A stretch of 64,000 bases of DNA from an uncultured bacterium (GTDB taxonomy: Bacteria > Acidobacteriota > Thermoanaerobaculia > Multivoradales > JAHZIX01). Position 1 is the first letter of the stretch. Each line of letters opens with the position of its first letter. The stretch lies in assembly GCA_965368975.1 (NCBI GenBank), contig CBDUPA010000002.1, positions 448,001 through 512,000 of the forward strand. The letters run 5' to 3'. Of this stretch, positions 43,106 through 54,036 are shown piece by piece. Under the pieces are notes generated by a model. The model had not been told where the DNA came from and searched no databases. It worked only from the letters and a program-made list of their open reading frames with translations. The translations under genes were made by a program, and so were the position numbers.

Positions 43106-44902
43106 TCAGACATCAGCATAGAGGGCTTCGACTTTGTCGTCGTACTTCTTCATCACGACGCGGCGGCGAACTTTGAGCGAGGCCGTGAGCTCACCAGCCT
43201 CGACGGTCAGGTCGCTGGGCAACAGGGCGAAGCGTTTGACCGACTCGTAAGACGCCAGCTCCTTGTTGCACTCGGCGATCTCGGCCTCGATCAGCTGGCG
43301 CACCTTGTCGTGCTCAGCCAACTCCTCGTAGCTCAGCTGGCCGAAGCCCTCCTCTTGCGCCCACGCCTGGATGTTGTCGGGCTCCAGAGTGATCAGGGCG
43401 GAGATAAACTTGCGGCGGTCGCCAACAGCAACGGCCTGGCTGATGTATCGCGACGTGCGCAGGATCTGCTCGATGCGCTGCGGTGCGACATTCTTGCCAC
43501 CGGCGGTGATGATCAGGTCCTTCTTGCGGTCCGTGATGCGTAGGTAGCCACCCTCGTCGATCTCACCGACATCGCCGGTATGCAGCCAGCCATCTTCGTC
43601 GACCGTCTCGGCAGTGGCTTCCTGGTTCTTGAAGTAGCCCTGCATCACGTTGTCGCCGCGGGTCAGGATCTCGCCATCCTCGGCGATCTTGCATTCGATG
43701 TCGGGCCCCGGCTGGCCGACGGTGCCGAAGCGGTTGCCGTCGATGCGGTTGACATGGCTGAAGGAGGTGTTCTCGGTCATGCCGAGGCCCTCCACAATCA
43801 GGATGCCGCAGGCGTGGAAGAACTCGCCAATTTGGCGGTTGAGCGGTGCGGCACCGGAGACGGCGTAGACCAGGTTACCGCCGAAGGCTGCGTGGATCTT
43901 GGCGAACACCAACTTGTGCGCCAGCTTGTGCTTGAGTGCCAGCAAGCCGCCGATCGACTGGCCGGCCTGCTGCCGCTGGCTGACCTCACGACCGACTCCC
44001 AGCGACCAGTCGAAGATGACCTTCTTGAGGCCGCCCGCGTCCTCGACGCCGGAGGTGATTTTCTCGTGCACCTTCTCGAAGATGCGCGGCACGCTGGCGA
44101 AGAAATGCGGCTGCGCGGCGCGCAGGTCTTCGGCCACCGTCTGAATGCTCTCGGCCAGCACCACGGTCAGTGCCTGGCTCATCGACGTCGCGACGATCAG
44201 GCGCGCAAAGACGTGCGCCATGGGTAGGAAGAGGAAGGTGCGGTAGTGCGGCTCGGAGTACAAGCACGCGTTGGCCTGTTCGATGGTGCACATCAGGTTC
44301 TTGTGGCTGATCATCACGCCCTTGGGTACACCGGTGGTGCCCGAGGTGTAGACCAGCATGGCCAGATCGTCCCGGCGCAGATCACCGATGCGCGTCTCCA
44401 GCACATCGACGGACACGTCTTCGGCGCTGTCCAGAAACTGCTGCCAGCTCAGAACGTCTTGGCCATCACCGTCACCGTCGAAGAGGACCATGCGCTTGAC
44501 CTTCGGCAACTTGTCGCGCACCGACTCGATCTTGGCCATCTGTTCGGCATCCTCGACGAACAGCACCACGGCATCGCAGTGGTCGATGACGTAAGCGCAC
44601 TCTTCGGCGATCGATGCCGGATAGACGCCGACCGTCACGCCGCCCGTCGCCTGGTTGCCCAGCTCCGTGAGGATCCATTCGAGGCGCGTCTGGCTCAGAA
44701 TCGCGACACGATCGCCGTGCTCGACTCCTTGCGCCAGCAGGGCGCGGGCAATGGTATCGACCCGCTCTCGTACCTCGCGCCAGCGCAGGTCGACCCATGA
44801 CCTTTCACCCGAAGCCTCGACCTTCTTGTAGCGGTAGGCAATCTGCTCCGGATTCGATTCGGTGACGTGACGGAAGAGCTGGCAAAGCGAAGCGTGCTCC
44901 AT
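43106..44902 (-). CDS. Long-chain fatty acid--CoA ligase
   Basis: YTSGTTGVPKG, VPRIFEK, GWLHTGD, DRKKDLIITAGGKNVAPQ. Confidence 0.92.
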   Translation of the reverse strand: MEHASLCQLFRHVTESNPEQIAYRYKKVEASGERSWVDLRWREVRERVDTIARALLAQGVEHGDRVAILSQTRLEWILTELGNQATGGVTVGVYPASIAEECAYVIDHCDAVVLFVEDAEQMAKIESVRDKLPKVKRMVLFDGDGDGQDVLSWQQFLDSAEDVSVDVLETRIGDLRRDDLAMLVYTSGTTGVPKGVMISHKNLMCTIEQANACLYSEPHYRTFLFLPMAHVFARLIVATSMSQALTVVLAESIQTVAEDLRAAQPHFFASVPRIFEKVHEKITSGVEDAGGLKKVIFDWSLGVGREVSQRQQAGQSIGGLLALKHKLAHKLVFAKIHAAFGGNLVYAVSGAAPLNRQIGEFFHACGILIVEGLGMTENTSFSHVNRIDGNRFGTVGQPGPDIECKIAEDGEILTRGDNVMQGYFKNQEATAETVDEDGWLHTGDVGEIDEGGYLRITDRKKDLIITAGGKNVAPQRIEQILRTSRYISQAVAVGDRRKFISALITLEPDNIQAWAQEEGFGQLSYEELAEHDKVRQLIEAEIAECNKELASYESVKRFALLPSDLTVEAGELTASLKVRRRVVMKKYDDKVEALYADV

Positions 44903-44957
44903 CGGGAACTCCTTGCGATCAACGGCTCAGCGATGTGGCGTCCTGGTACCTGCGGCG

Positions 44958-45443
44958 TCAAACAGACGTACTATCGTAACCCACTCGTTCCAGGACATGC
45001 CGGAAATGACGCTCCTCGACAGGCTGCACGGACAGGCGCTGTCCTTTGCGAATGACCAACATGCCATCGAGATCCGGATCGTCCTTGGCCTCCTGCAGCG
45101 ACAGTGAACGCTCGAAACTGGCCACGTGTTCGACATTAACCAGGATCCAGCGCGGATCCTCCGGCTTGGATTTGAGGTCGTAGTACTTGCTGTCCACATC
45201 AAATTGCGTCGGGTCCGGATACCCTTCCCGGCACACGCGAGCAAGCCCGACGATGCCCGGCGGCTTGGTGTTGGAGTGGTAGAACAGCACCAGGTCGCCG
45301 GCCTTCATCTCATCGCGCATGAAATTGCGTGCCTGGTAGTTCCGCACCCCGTCCCACATGGTGCTGCCGTCACGCTTCAGATCCTCGATGCTGTAGACGT
45401 CAGGCTCACTCTTGATCAGCCAGTACCTACGCGCGTCTGCCAC
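44958..45443 (-). CDS. EVE domain protein
   Basis: YWLIKSEP, WDGVRNYQARN, FYHSN, RLSVQPV. Confidence 0.93.
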   Translation of the reverse strand: MADARRYWLIKSEPDVYSIEDLKRDGSTMWDGVRNYQARNFMRDEMKAGDLVLFYHSNTKPPGIVGLARVCREGYPDPTQFDVDSKYYDLKSKPEDPRWILVNVEHVASFERSLSLQEAKDDPDLDGMLVIRKGQRLSVQPVEERHFRHVLERVGYDSTSV

Positions 45444-45501
45444 GGTCTCTCCCCTCTCTATCTTCTATGTCTCGCAAGGCCCCGTATCTCCAGATCCAGA
45501 C

Positions 45502-45831
45502 TTACATGAAGCCCAGGTCGAGCTTGGCCGCTTCGGACATCATCTCGGGCGTCCACTGCGGGTCCCACACGAGGTGCACCTCGCAGGTCTCGACGCCCGG
45601 CACGCCGAGCGCCTTCATCTCGACTTCGCCAGGCAGCGTCCCCGCGACAGGGCAGGCCGGCGACGTCAGCGTCATGCGGATCTCGCAGTGGTCGCCCTCG
45701 ACATCGACGTCGTAGATCAGGCCCAGCGCGTAGATGTTGACCGGGATCTCCGGGTCGTACACCGTCTCGAGCTGCGCCACGACCTGCTCTTCGAGAGTCT
45801 TGGTGGTGGGGTCGGGGTTGTTGTCGCTCAT
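45502..45831 (-). CDS. sufT: SUF-associated DUF59/SufT protein
   Basis: DPEIPVNIYALGLIY, MTLTSPACP, WDPQW. Confidence 0.88.
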   Translation of the reverse strand: MSDNNPDPTTKTLEEQVVAQLETVYDPEIPVNIYALGLIYDVDVEGDHCEIRMTLTSPACPVAGTLPGEVEMKALGVPGVETCEVHLVWDPQWTPEMMSEAAKLDLGFM

Positions 45832-45833
45832 TT

Positions 45834-46292
45834 TCAATTCTCCGTCGTCACCGCTTCGACCTCGCCTTCCAAGGCCGACTTCAACGTGTGCCAGGCCAGC
45901 GTCGCGCACTTGACGCGCATCGGGTACTGGCGCACGCCGCCGAAGACACCCAACTTGCCCAACTCCTCCTCAGCTTCGCTGCGGTCCGACGGATCGCCGG
46001 TGAGCAGGCGGTGGAAGAGGTCGAAGAGGTGCTCGGCCTCGGCGCGGCTCTTGCCCTGTAGCGCTTCGGTCATCAAAGATGCTGATGCCTGCGAAATGGC
46101 GCAGCCGTTGCCCTGAAAGGTGATGCGCTCGAGGTGGTCGTCGACCATCTTGACGAAGACCTTCACCTTGTCACCGCACAGCGGATTGTGGCCTTCAGCA
46201 CAGCCGTCCGCATCATCGAGCACGACGAAGTTGCGCGGCTTCTTGTTGTGGTCCAGGATGACTTCCTGGTACAGATCCGTCAGGTCCGACAT
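45834..46292 (-). CDS. sufU: SufU Fe-S assembly protein
   Basis: LYQEVILDH, NPLCGD, GCAISQAS, RVKCATL. Confidence 0.93.
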   Translation of the reverse strand: MSDLTDLYQEVILDHNKKPRNFVVLDDADGCAEGHNPLCGDKVKVFVKMVDDHLERITFQGNGCAISQASASLMTEALQGKSRAEAEHLFDLFHRLLTGDPSDRSEAEEELGKLGVFGGVRQYPMRVKCATLAWHTLKSALEGEVEAVTTEN

Positions 46293-46334
46293 GTCTTCTC
46301 CTTGCATTCTTGCATCGTACGACGCCCGACCTCG

Positions 46335-47669
46335 CTATCCGAACAGGTCCACGACCTTGCGAAGTCCCGCGACCAGCGCGTCGACCTCTGCGAAGGTGTT
46401 GTAGAAAGCAAATGACGCACGCGTGGTGGCGTGCGTGCCGAAGCGGCGCAGCAGCGGCTGCGCGCAGTGGTGACCGGCGCGTACCGCCACGCCTTGCTGG
46501 TCGAGAATGGTGGCGATGTCGTGCGAATGGGCCCCATCGAGCACAAAGGTCAACACGCTGACCTTGTGCGGTGCCCGGCCGAGGATGCGCACCCCCGGCA
46601 GCTCGCTCACCAGCTCGGTGGCGCGTGCCAGCAACGCGGCCTCGTGGCGGGCCACGGCCTCCATGTCGAGCCCCTGGACATACTCCAGCGCCGCACCCAG
46701 GCCAATCACCTGCGCGATCGGAGGCGTGCCGGCCTCGAAGCGCTGCGGCGGATCCCGGAAGGTGCTGCCCTCGAAGGTGACCTCCAGGATCATGTCGCCG
46801 CCACCCTGCCAGGGCGGCATGCTCTCCAGGTGCGCCTGCTTGCCGTAGAGCACACCGACACCGGTCGGACCGAAGACTTTGTGGCCCGAGAAGACCAGGA
46901 AGTCACAGTCCAGCGCCTGCACGTCGACCGGGCCGTGGGGCAGCGCCTGGGCGCTGTCCAGGAGTACCGGAATCTGGTGCTCATGCGCCAGGCGGATCAG
47001 CTGCTCGACCGGATTGATCGTGCCGAGCACGTTCGAGATGTGGCACAGCGCGACAAAACGCGTGCGCGGCCCGAGCAGGGCGGCATAGGCCTCGACATCG
47101 AGCACACCGTCGTCGTCGACCGGCACCACCTTCACCGTCGCGCCGTGCTGCTGGCACACCAACTGCCAGGGCACCAGGTTGGCGTGGTGCTCCATGGCGG
47201 TGACGATCACCTCGTCGCCGGCCTGCAACCTCGGCGCCACGAAGCAGCGCGCCACCAGGTTGATCCCCTCGGTGGTGCCGTGCGTGAACACGACTTCACT
47301 CTCGCGCGCCGCGTTCAGGTGCCGCTGCACCGTGCCGCGCACGGCCTCGTAGCTCAGCGTCGCGCGCTCGGACAGCGTGTGGACGCCGCGGTGCACATTT
47401 GCGCAATCGTGCTCGTAGTAACGGCGCAGCGCGTCGAGCACCGGGCGCGGTTTCTGCGCCGTGGCGGCGTTGTCCAGGTAGACCAGAGGGTGACCGTGGA
47501 CCTGCTGCGCCAGCGCGGGAAATGCAGCGCGCACCCGCGACACATCGAAGGCCACCGGCCGGACGCCGACGGCAGTGTCGCCCGCATCCGTCGCACCTGT
47601 GGCCTGTCGACGAGTGGTCTGTTGGCGATCGTCTGGCTGCAGAAGTGCTGTGGGCGTGCCCACGCTCAC
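46335..47669 (-). CDS. sufS: Cysteine desulfurase
   Basis: YLDNAATAQKP, FSGHK, RAGHHCAQP. Confidence 0.95.
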   Translation of the reverse strand: MSVGTPTALLQPDDRQQTTRRQATGATDAGDTAVGVRPVAFDVSRVRAAFPALAQQVHGHPLVYLDNAATAQKPRPVLDALRRYYEHDCANVHRGVHTLSERATLSYEAVRGTVQRHLNAARESEVVFTHGTTEGINLVARCFVAPRLQAGDEVIVTAMEHHANLVPWQLVCQQHGATVKVVPVDDDGVLDVEAYAALLGPRTRFVALCHISNVLGTINPVEQLIRLAHEHQIPVLLDSAQALPHGPVDVQALDCDFLVFSGHKVFGPTGVGVLYGKQAHLESMPPWQGGGDMILEVTFEGSTFRDPPQRFEAGTPPIAQVIGLGAALEYVQGLDMEAVARHEAALLARATELVSELPGVRILGRAPHKVSVLTFVLDGAHSHDIATILDQQGVAVRAGHHCAQPLLRRFGTHATTRASFAFYNTFAEVDALVAGLRKVVDLFG

Positions 47670-47679
47670 CCCCTCGGTC

Positions 47680-49089
47680 TCAAACCGCCTGCCTCACGAT
47701 CTCACCACCGGGCAGCCGGCTGAACAGGAACTCTTCGAGATCCTGGCGCACCGCGTCGACGCGGATGCGCTCCACCAGTTCGCTGGCGAAAGCGTAGGTC
47801 AGCAGGCTGCTCGCGGCTTCGGCACTGATGCCGCGCGAGCGCAGGTAGAAGATGGCTTCCTCGTCCAGCTGGCCGACCGTCGAGCCGTGTGTGCAACGCA
47901 CGTCGTCGGCGAAGATCTCTAGCTGCGGGTTCGAGTTGGCCAGGGCGTTCGGCGACAGTAGCAAGTTGCGGTTGGTCTGCTTGGCGTCGGTCTTCTGGGC
48001 GTCCTTGTGGACATGGATCAGACCGTTGAACACCGCCCGGCCGTGACCGTCCAGAATGCCCTTGTACAGCTCGTGGCTGGTGCAGTGCGGCTTGGCGTGA
48101 TCCACCTTCATGTGGTTGTCGACGTGCTGGCGGCCGTCCACCAGGTACAAGCCGTTGAGCGTGCAGTCGCCCCCTTCACCGTCCAGATAGCCGTTGAGGT
48201 CGTTGCGCACCAGCTTGCCGCCCAGCGAGATGTTGTGCGAGCGGAAGACCGCGGCGCGGTCCGAATACGACTGCTGGGTGGCGACGTGGAAGGCGTGGCG
48301 CGGCTCGCGCTGCACCTTGTAGTGGTCGAGGAATGCATTGGGGCCGCAGACGGCCTCCGTCACCGGATTGGTGAACACGTGCTCGCTTTCCCCTGCCGGG
48401 CCTTCCATGCCGATGTAGGTCTCGACCACCGTCACCTGTGCCCCTTCATCGGCGACGAAGAGGTTGCGCGGGAAGCTGACGCTACCCGGCGTGACGGCGA
48501 CGAAGATCACCTGGATCGGCACTTCCACCAGCACATTGCGGCGCGCATGCACGAAAGCACCGCCGGCACCGGCACTGGCCAGGAACGCCGTATTGAGCGC
48601 GGTGAAGGGACTGTCATCCACGTTGGCGTAGCGCCCCAGGTGAGCCTCGACGCCTTCGGCTCCTTGCTGGATCGCCTCGGCGAGAGGCAGCACCGTGACG
48701 CCCTCGGGCAGGTCGGCAGGCACCAACAGCTCGGGACGGAAGTGCCCGTCGACGAACACCAGGTGGAGTCCACCGTCAAAGCGGTAGCGGTCGATCAGCT
48801 CGATCACCCCGGGTGCCACCTCCGGCAGCGCCCCTAGTACGGAAGCTGGCACCGGCTCAAAGCCACCGTTGGCGATCGGCTTGACGTTGGTGAAACGCCA
48901 TTCTTCCTGGCGCAGCGTCGGGAAGCCTTGGCGGGCGAAGGCTTCTCGACCGTCCCGTCGCAACTGCGCGACGCGCGGCGAGGCGCCTGGCCCCGTCTCC
49001 TGCACTGCGGCGGCGAGGTCGACCAAGGCTTGCACCTCGGGAGCGACCGTGGCCGTGTGAGTCTCTGGCTCAGCTACAGCTTGCATCAT
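47680..49089 (-). CDS. sufD: Fe-S cluster assembly protein SufD
   Basis: EEWRFT, PQLEIFADDVRCTHG, FYLRSRGI. Confidence 0.94.
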   Translation of the reverse strand: MMQAVAEPETHTATVAPEVQALVDLAAAVQETGPGASPRVAQLRRDGREAFARQGFPTLRQEEWRFTNVKPIANGGFEPVPASVLGALPEVAPGVIELIDRYRFDGGLHLVFVDGHFRPELLVPADLPEGVTVLPLAEAIQQGAEGVEAHLGRYANVDDSPFTALNTAFLASAGAGGAFVHARRNVLVEVPIQVIFVAVTPGSVSFPRNLFVADEGAQVTVVETYIGMEGPAGESEHVFTNPVTEAVCGPNAFLDHYKVQREPRHAFHVATQQSYSDRAAVFRSHNISLGGKLVRNDLNGYLDGEGGDCTLNGLYLVDGRQHVDNHMKVDHAKPHCTSHELYKGILDGHGRAVFNGLIHVHKDAQKTDAKQTNRNLLLSPNALANSNPQLEIFADDVRCTHGSTVGQLDEEAIFYLRSRGISAEAASSLLTYAFASELVERIRVDAVRQDLEEFLFSRLPGGEIVRQAV

Positions 49090-49095
49090 CTCTCC

Positions 49096-49851
<756 letters not shown>

Positions 49852-49886
49852 GATCGTATGCTCTCTCCGTTCGTGTTTTTCTTTGA

Positions 49887-51332
<1,446 letters not shown>

Positions 51333-51454
51333 GGCGTCTCCTGTTCCTAACTTCCAACGGTGTCGAGCTGCCAGCGGTGTCGCCAGCTAGCCGGACTGTT
51401 TCTCTACTTTTCTTGCAGGCGGGCCGCTCGAGAGCGCGGCAGGGAGGAAGCCGC

Positions 51455-51931
51455 TCAGCTGAGCGCCGCACTCTCGAGACCGGCTTCGGTCCGCTCTCCG
51501 ATGGTCACCAGGCGCGCCGACGACGTCATGGGCTGCCCCATCTCCGCCAGCGTGATGCCTTCGAGCGCCTGACGAATCGCCTGGTTGATGCGATTCCAGT
51601 TGCTGCGCGACGGGCAGGTCGCGGCAAGACCGCACTCACCCGGCGTGTCGTCGATGCATTCGGTGATCCCGATCGGCCCTTCCAGGGCGCCGATGATCTC
51701 CGCCACCGTGATCTCGTCCGCCGGCCGGCTCAGGCTGTAACCACCCTTGACCCCACGCTGGGAGTCGAGAACCCCTTCGCGCGACAGCGCCTTGAGGATC
51801 TTGCTCACCATCGGCGCCGGCAAGTTCGCCTCCGTCGACAGGTCGGGCGCGGTGAACAACCGTTCCGGTTGATGCGCCAGGTGTGTCAGGAGGACGATGC
51901 CGTAGTCGGTTTGCTTGGTAATTCTCAGCAT
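51455..51931 (-). CDS. Rrf2 family regulator of the suf operon
   Basis: TKQTDYG, SQRGVKGGY, three Cys (TEC...EC...TC); heads the suf operon. Confidence 0.9.
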   Translation of the reverse strand: MLRITKQTDYGIVLLTHLAHQPERLFTAPDLSTEANLPAPMVSKILKALSREGVLDSQRGVKGGYSLSRPADEITVAEIIGALEGPIGITECIDDTPGECGLAATCPSRSNWNRINQAIRQALEGITLAEMGQPMTSSARLVTIGERTEAGLESAALS

Positions 51932-51973
51932 GGCTTTGGGTGCTCGGGGTCTGGGATACTGGAGCCCAGAAGG

Positions 51974-51998
51974 AAAAGGGACCTTTGTGGTCCTCTTT
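51974..51998. promoter_or_regulatory. Inverted repeat, candidate Rrf2 operator
   Basis: AAAAGGGACC-TTTGT-GGTCCTCTTT between the promoter and the start codon. Confidence 0.55.
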
Positions 51999-52002
51999 GG
52001 GG

Positions 52003-52031
52003 ATACTAGGGACCTTATTGAGACTTGTCAA
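52003..52031 (-). promoter_or_regulatory. Sigma70 promoter of the suf operon
   Basis: Minus strand TTGACA-N17-TAGTAT. Confidence 0.75.
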
Positions 52032-52087
52032 GGCTGTGTCCAAGCTTCTGGGGCGGGGTGCGAGACACCACGGCGTAGACTCGGACC

Positions 52088-53020
52088 ATGAAGTCTCCCC
52101 TCCTTGTAGCCGCCGCAGATTGGAGCGTCGACGGCCGCAAGCGTCATCTCGCCAGAGCCGCCTGGAACCCCAAGACACAGCACTACGAGATCCACGCCTC
52201 CGAAGAGGTCGGCGACACCTCGATGCTGATCGACCGCCTCCGGGATGGCTTGCCGAGCGGCGCCACCGTCATCCTCGGCTTCGATCTCCCAATCGGCCTC
52301 CCCAAGCCCTACGCCAATACCGCAGGCATAACGTCATTCCTCGACTTTCTTCCACGAATCGGGGCCGATCGCTGGGCCAGATTCGCCACCCACACCAACA
52401 CCCCGACGCTCGACCAGCCCTTCGCACCGCTGCGCGTCCGCAAGAAGGGCGATTTCACGCGTCAAGATCTGGTCGACGGTCTCGGCCTCAGCAGCTTCGA
52501 CGACATCCAACGCCGCTGCGACCGTCTCGCCAAGGCACAACCGCTCTTCCTCACCGTCGGCGGCAAGCAGGTCGGCCGCGCAGCCTTGCATGCTTGGCAG
52601 CACGTCCTGATCCCGAATCTAGACCGCCTGCGCATCTGGCCGTTCCACGGCTCGCTCGCCGAGTTGATCGCGGAGCCGGGGGCTACGGTGATCGTCGAAG
52701 TGTATCCGGGCGGGGCGTACGCACAGCTGGGGATGGAGTTGGGGCGTCAGCAAAGAGGCGGGAAGCGTCGAAGTAAAACACGTCGAGAGGACCGGCAGCA
52801 CCCCGACGTCGGCGGACGACTCTTGGCAGCCCTCGAAGGCGTTGGCCAGGTGACGCAGGAAGCCCGAGCCGAGATCCTGAGCGGCTTTGACAGCGATGAC
52901 GCCTTCGACGCGATGGTCGGATTAGCGGCGCTCTTGATGGGCACCACGGGACGCTGGAAGGACGAGACGCCGACCGACGATGCGGTGCGCAACGTCGAGG
53001 GGTGGATCTGGCGGCTATGA
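52088..53020 (+). CDS. DUF429-like protein (predicted RNase H-like fold)
   Basis: AADWS, GFDLPIGLP, RRCD, VEVYP, DDAFDA, VEGWI motif series. Confidence 0.7.
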   Translation: MKSPLLVAAADWSVDGRKRHLARAAWNPKTQHYEIHASEEVGDTSMLIDRLRDGLPSGATVILGFDLPIGLPKPYANTAGITSFLDFLPRIGADRWARFATHTNTPTLDQPFAPLRVRKKGDFTRQDLVDGLGLSSFDDIQRRCDRLAKAQPLFLTVGGKQVGRAALHAWQHVLIPNLDRLRIWPFHGSLAELIAEPGATVIVEVYPGGAYAQLGMELGRQQRGGKRRSKTRREDRQHPDVGGRLLAALEGVGQVTQEARAEILSGFDSDDAFDAMVGLAALLMGTTGRWKDETPTDDAVRNVEGWIWRL

Positions 53021-53235
53021 GCCAGCGACGGACTGAACGCCCGACCATAGCCAATTGGAAGGCGACCGCGCAGATGGGGACCATTGGCCCTCCGCCTTGC
53101 ACGCCCGGTCGAGGAGGTTTGTACAGTTTGGCCCTCCGAACAGAGGGAACATCGCTAGCAGGTTCCGTCTCAGGAGTGTACGAACTCATAGGCTAGTTCG
53201 TACGCGACACCCAACTCTCTTCAAAGGAGCGACGC

Positions 53236-54036
53236 ATGAAGCTTTCCACCTCTCTTCTCCTCCTGGGATCGCTGCTGGTGCTGATGCCCGTCAGCTCCCA
53301 GGCGGCGATTCAGCCCATGCTGTTCTTCGAGACGCAGGTTCCCGCTGCATGCCTGGCGGAGCACCCGAACAACAAAGGCAGCTACATTCGGCAGTATCGG
53401 GACACCACCAACCCTTGCCCGGGACTCTCCGTGTACCACATCGTCCATGGGGCCAACGCGTACGCCTGGAGCTTCGAGAGCTTCTACATCAGCAACGGAT
53501 TCCTTCGCCAGATGAACGAAATCTTCATCAACGAGAACACCGGCGCCTTTACCTTCTACAGAGCCTTCCGAGATCAGACGACACTGTCGAAGGGGATTCC
53601 CACCATCCCAACGTATATCCCCGGCACCTCGAAGTTCTGGTATGCACCGCCGTACCATGAAGAACACTGGACGAACGGCAGTGGTCAACCTGTTTGCTTC
53701 AACACGCAGCAGAACTGGGTCTGGGGCTCCCTCAACTGGACGCAAGTCTACGACGGAGGCACCTACTCTGGCTGGCTGCAAGACAAGCGCTCGTCATCGC
53801 AGAACCCGAGTACCTGGCACAATGTGCAGGTCGTCGTCAGAGTGGACCAGTGGGGCTACGGCAATTACGAGTTCTACCACTACGGCCGCTGGCAGAATCC
53901 CGCGACGGGACAGTGGCAGGGGTTGGGCCTGATCAAGTGGGAGAAGTACTCCGGCTCTCAGCTCGTCATCGCCACCGAGAACCACTATCTGGTGGATTGC
54001 AACGTTGTGGCCACGTGCACAACATGCCCTCCCTGA
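53236..54036 (+). CDS. Secreted hypothetical protein, aromatic- and Cys-rich
   Basis: AAAGGAG RBS, signal peptide ending SQA, GC3-biased codons; no family recognised. Confidence 0.75.
   Translation: MKLSTSLLLLGSLLVLMPVSSQAAIQPMLFFETQVPAACLAEHPNNKGSYIRQYRDTTNPCPGLSVYHIVHGANAYAWSFESFYISNGFLRQMNEIFINENTGAFTFYRAFRDQTTLSKGIPTIPTYIPGTSKFWYAPPYHEEHWTNGSGQPVCFNTQQNWVWGSLNWTQVYDGGTYSGWLQDKRSSSQNPSTWHNVQVVVRVDQWGYGNYEFYHYGRWQNPATGQWQGLGLIKWEKYSGSQLVIATENHYLVDCNVVATCTTCPP

Noticed and set aside
40942-43176. 744-aa plus-strand ORF and similar long ORFs (5237-7012, 55438-57270, 39193-40446, 46431-47723)
   Set aside because: Antisense or alternate-frame shadows of well-supported genes in high-GC DNA, with no recognisable motifs.
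43106-44902. Acyl-CoA ligase as lipopeptide starter enzyme
   Set aside because: Typical long-chain acyl-CoA ligase motifs, no adjacent ACP, housekeeping context.
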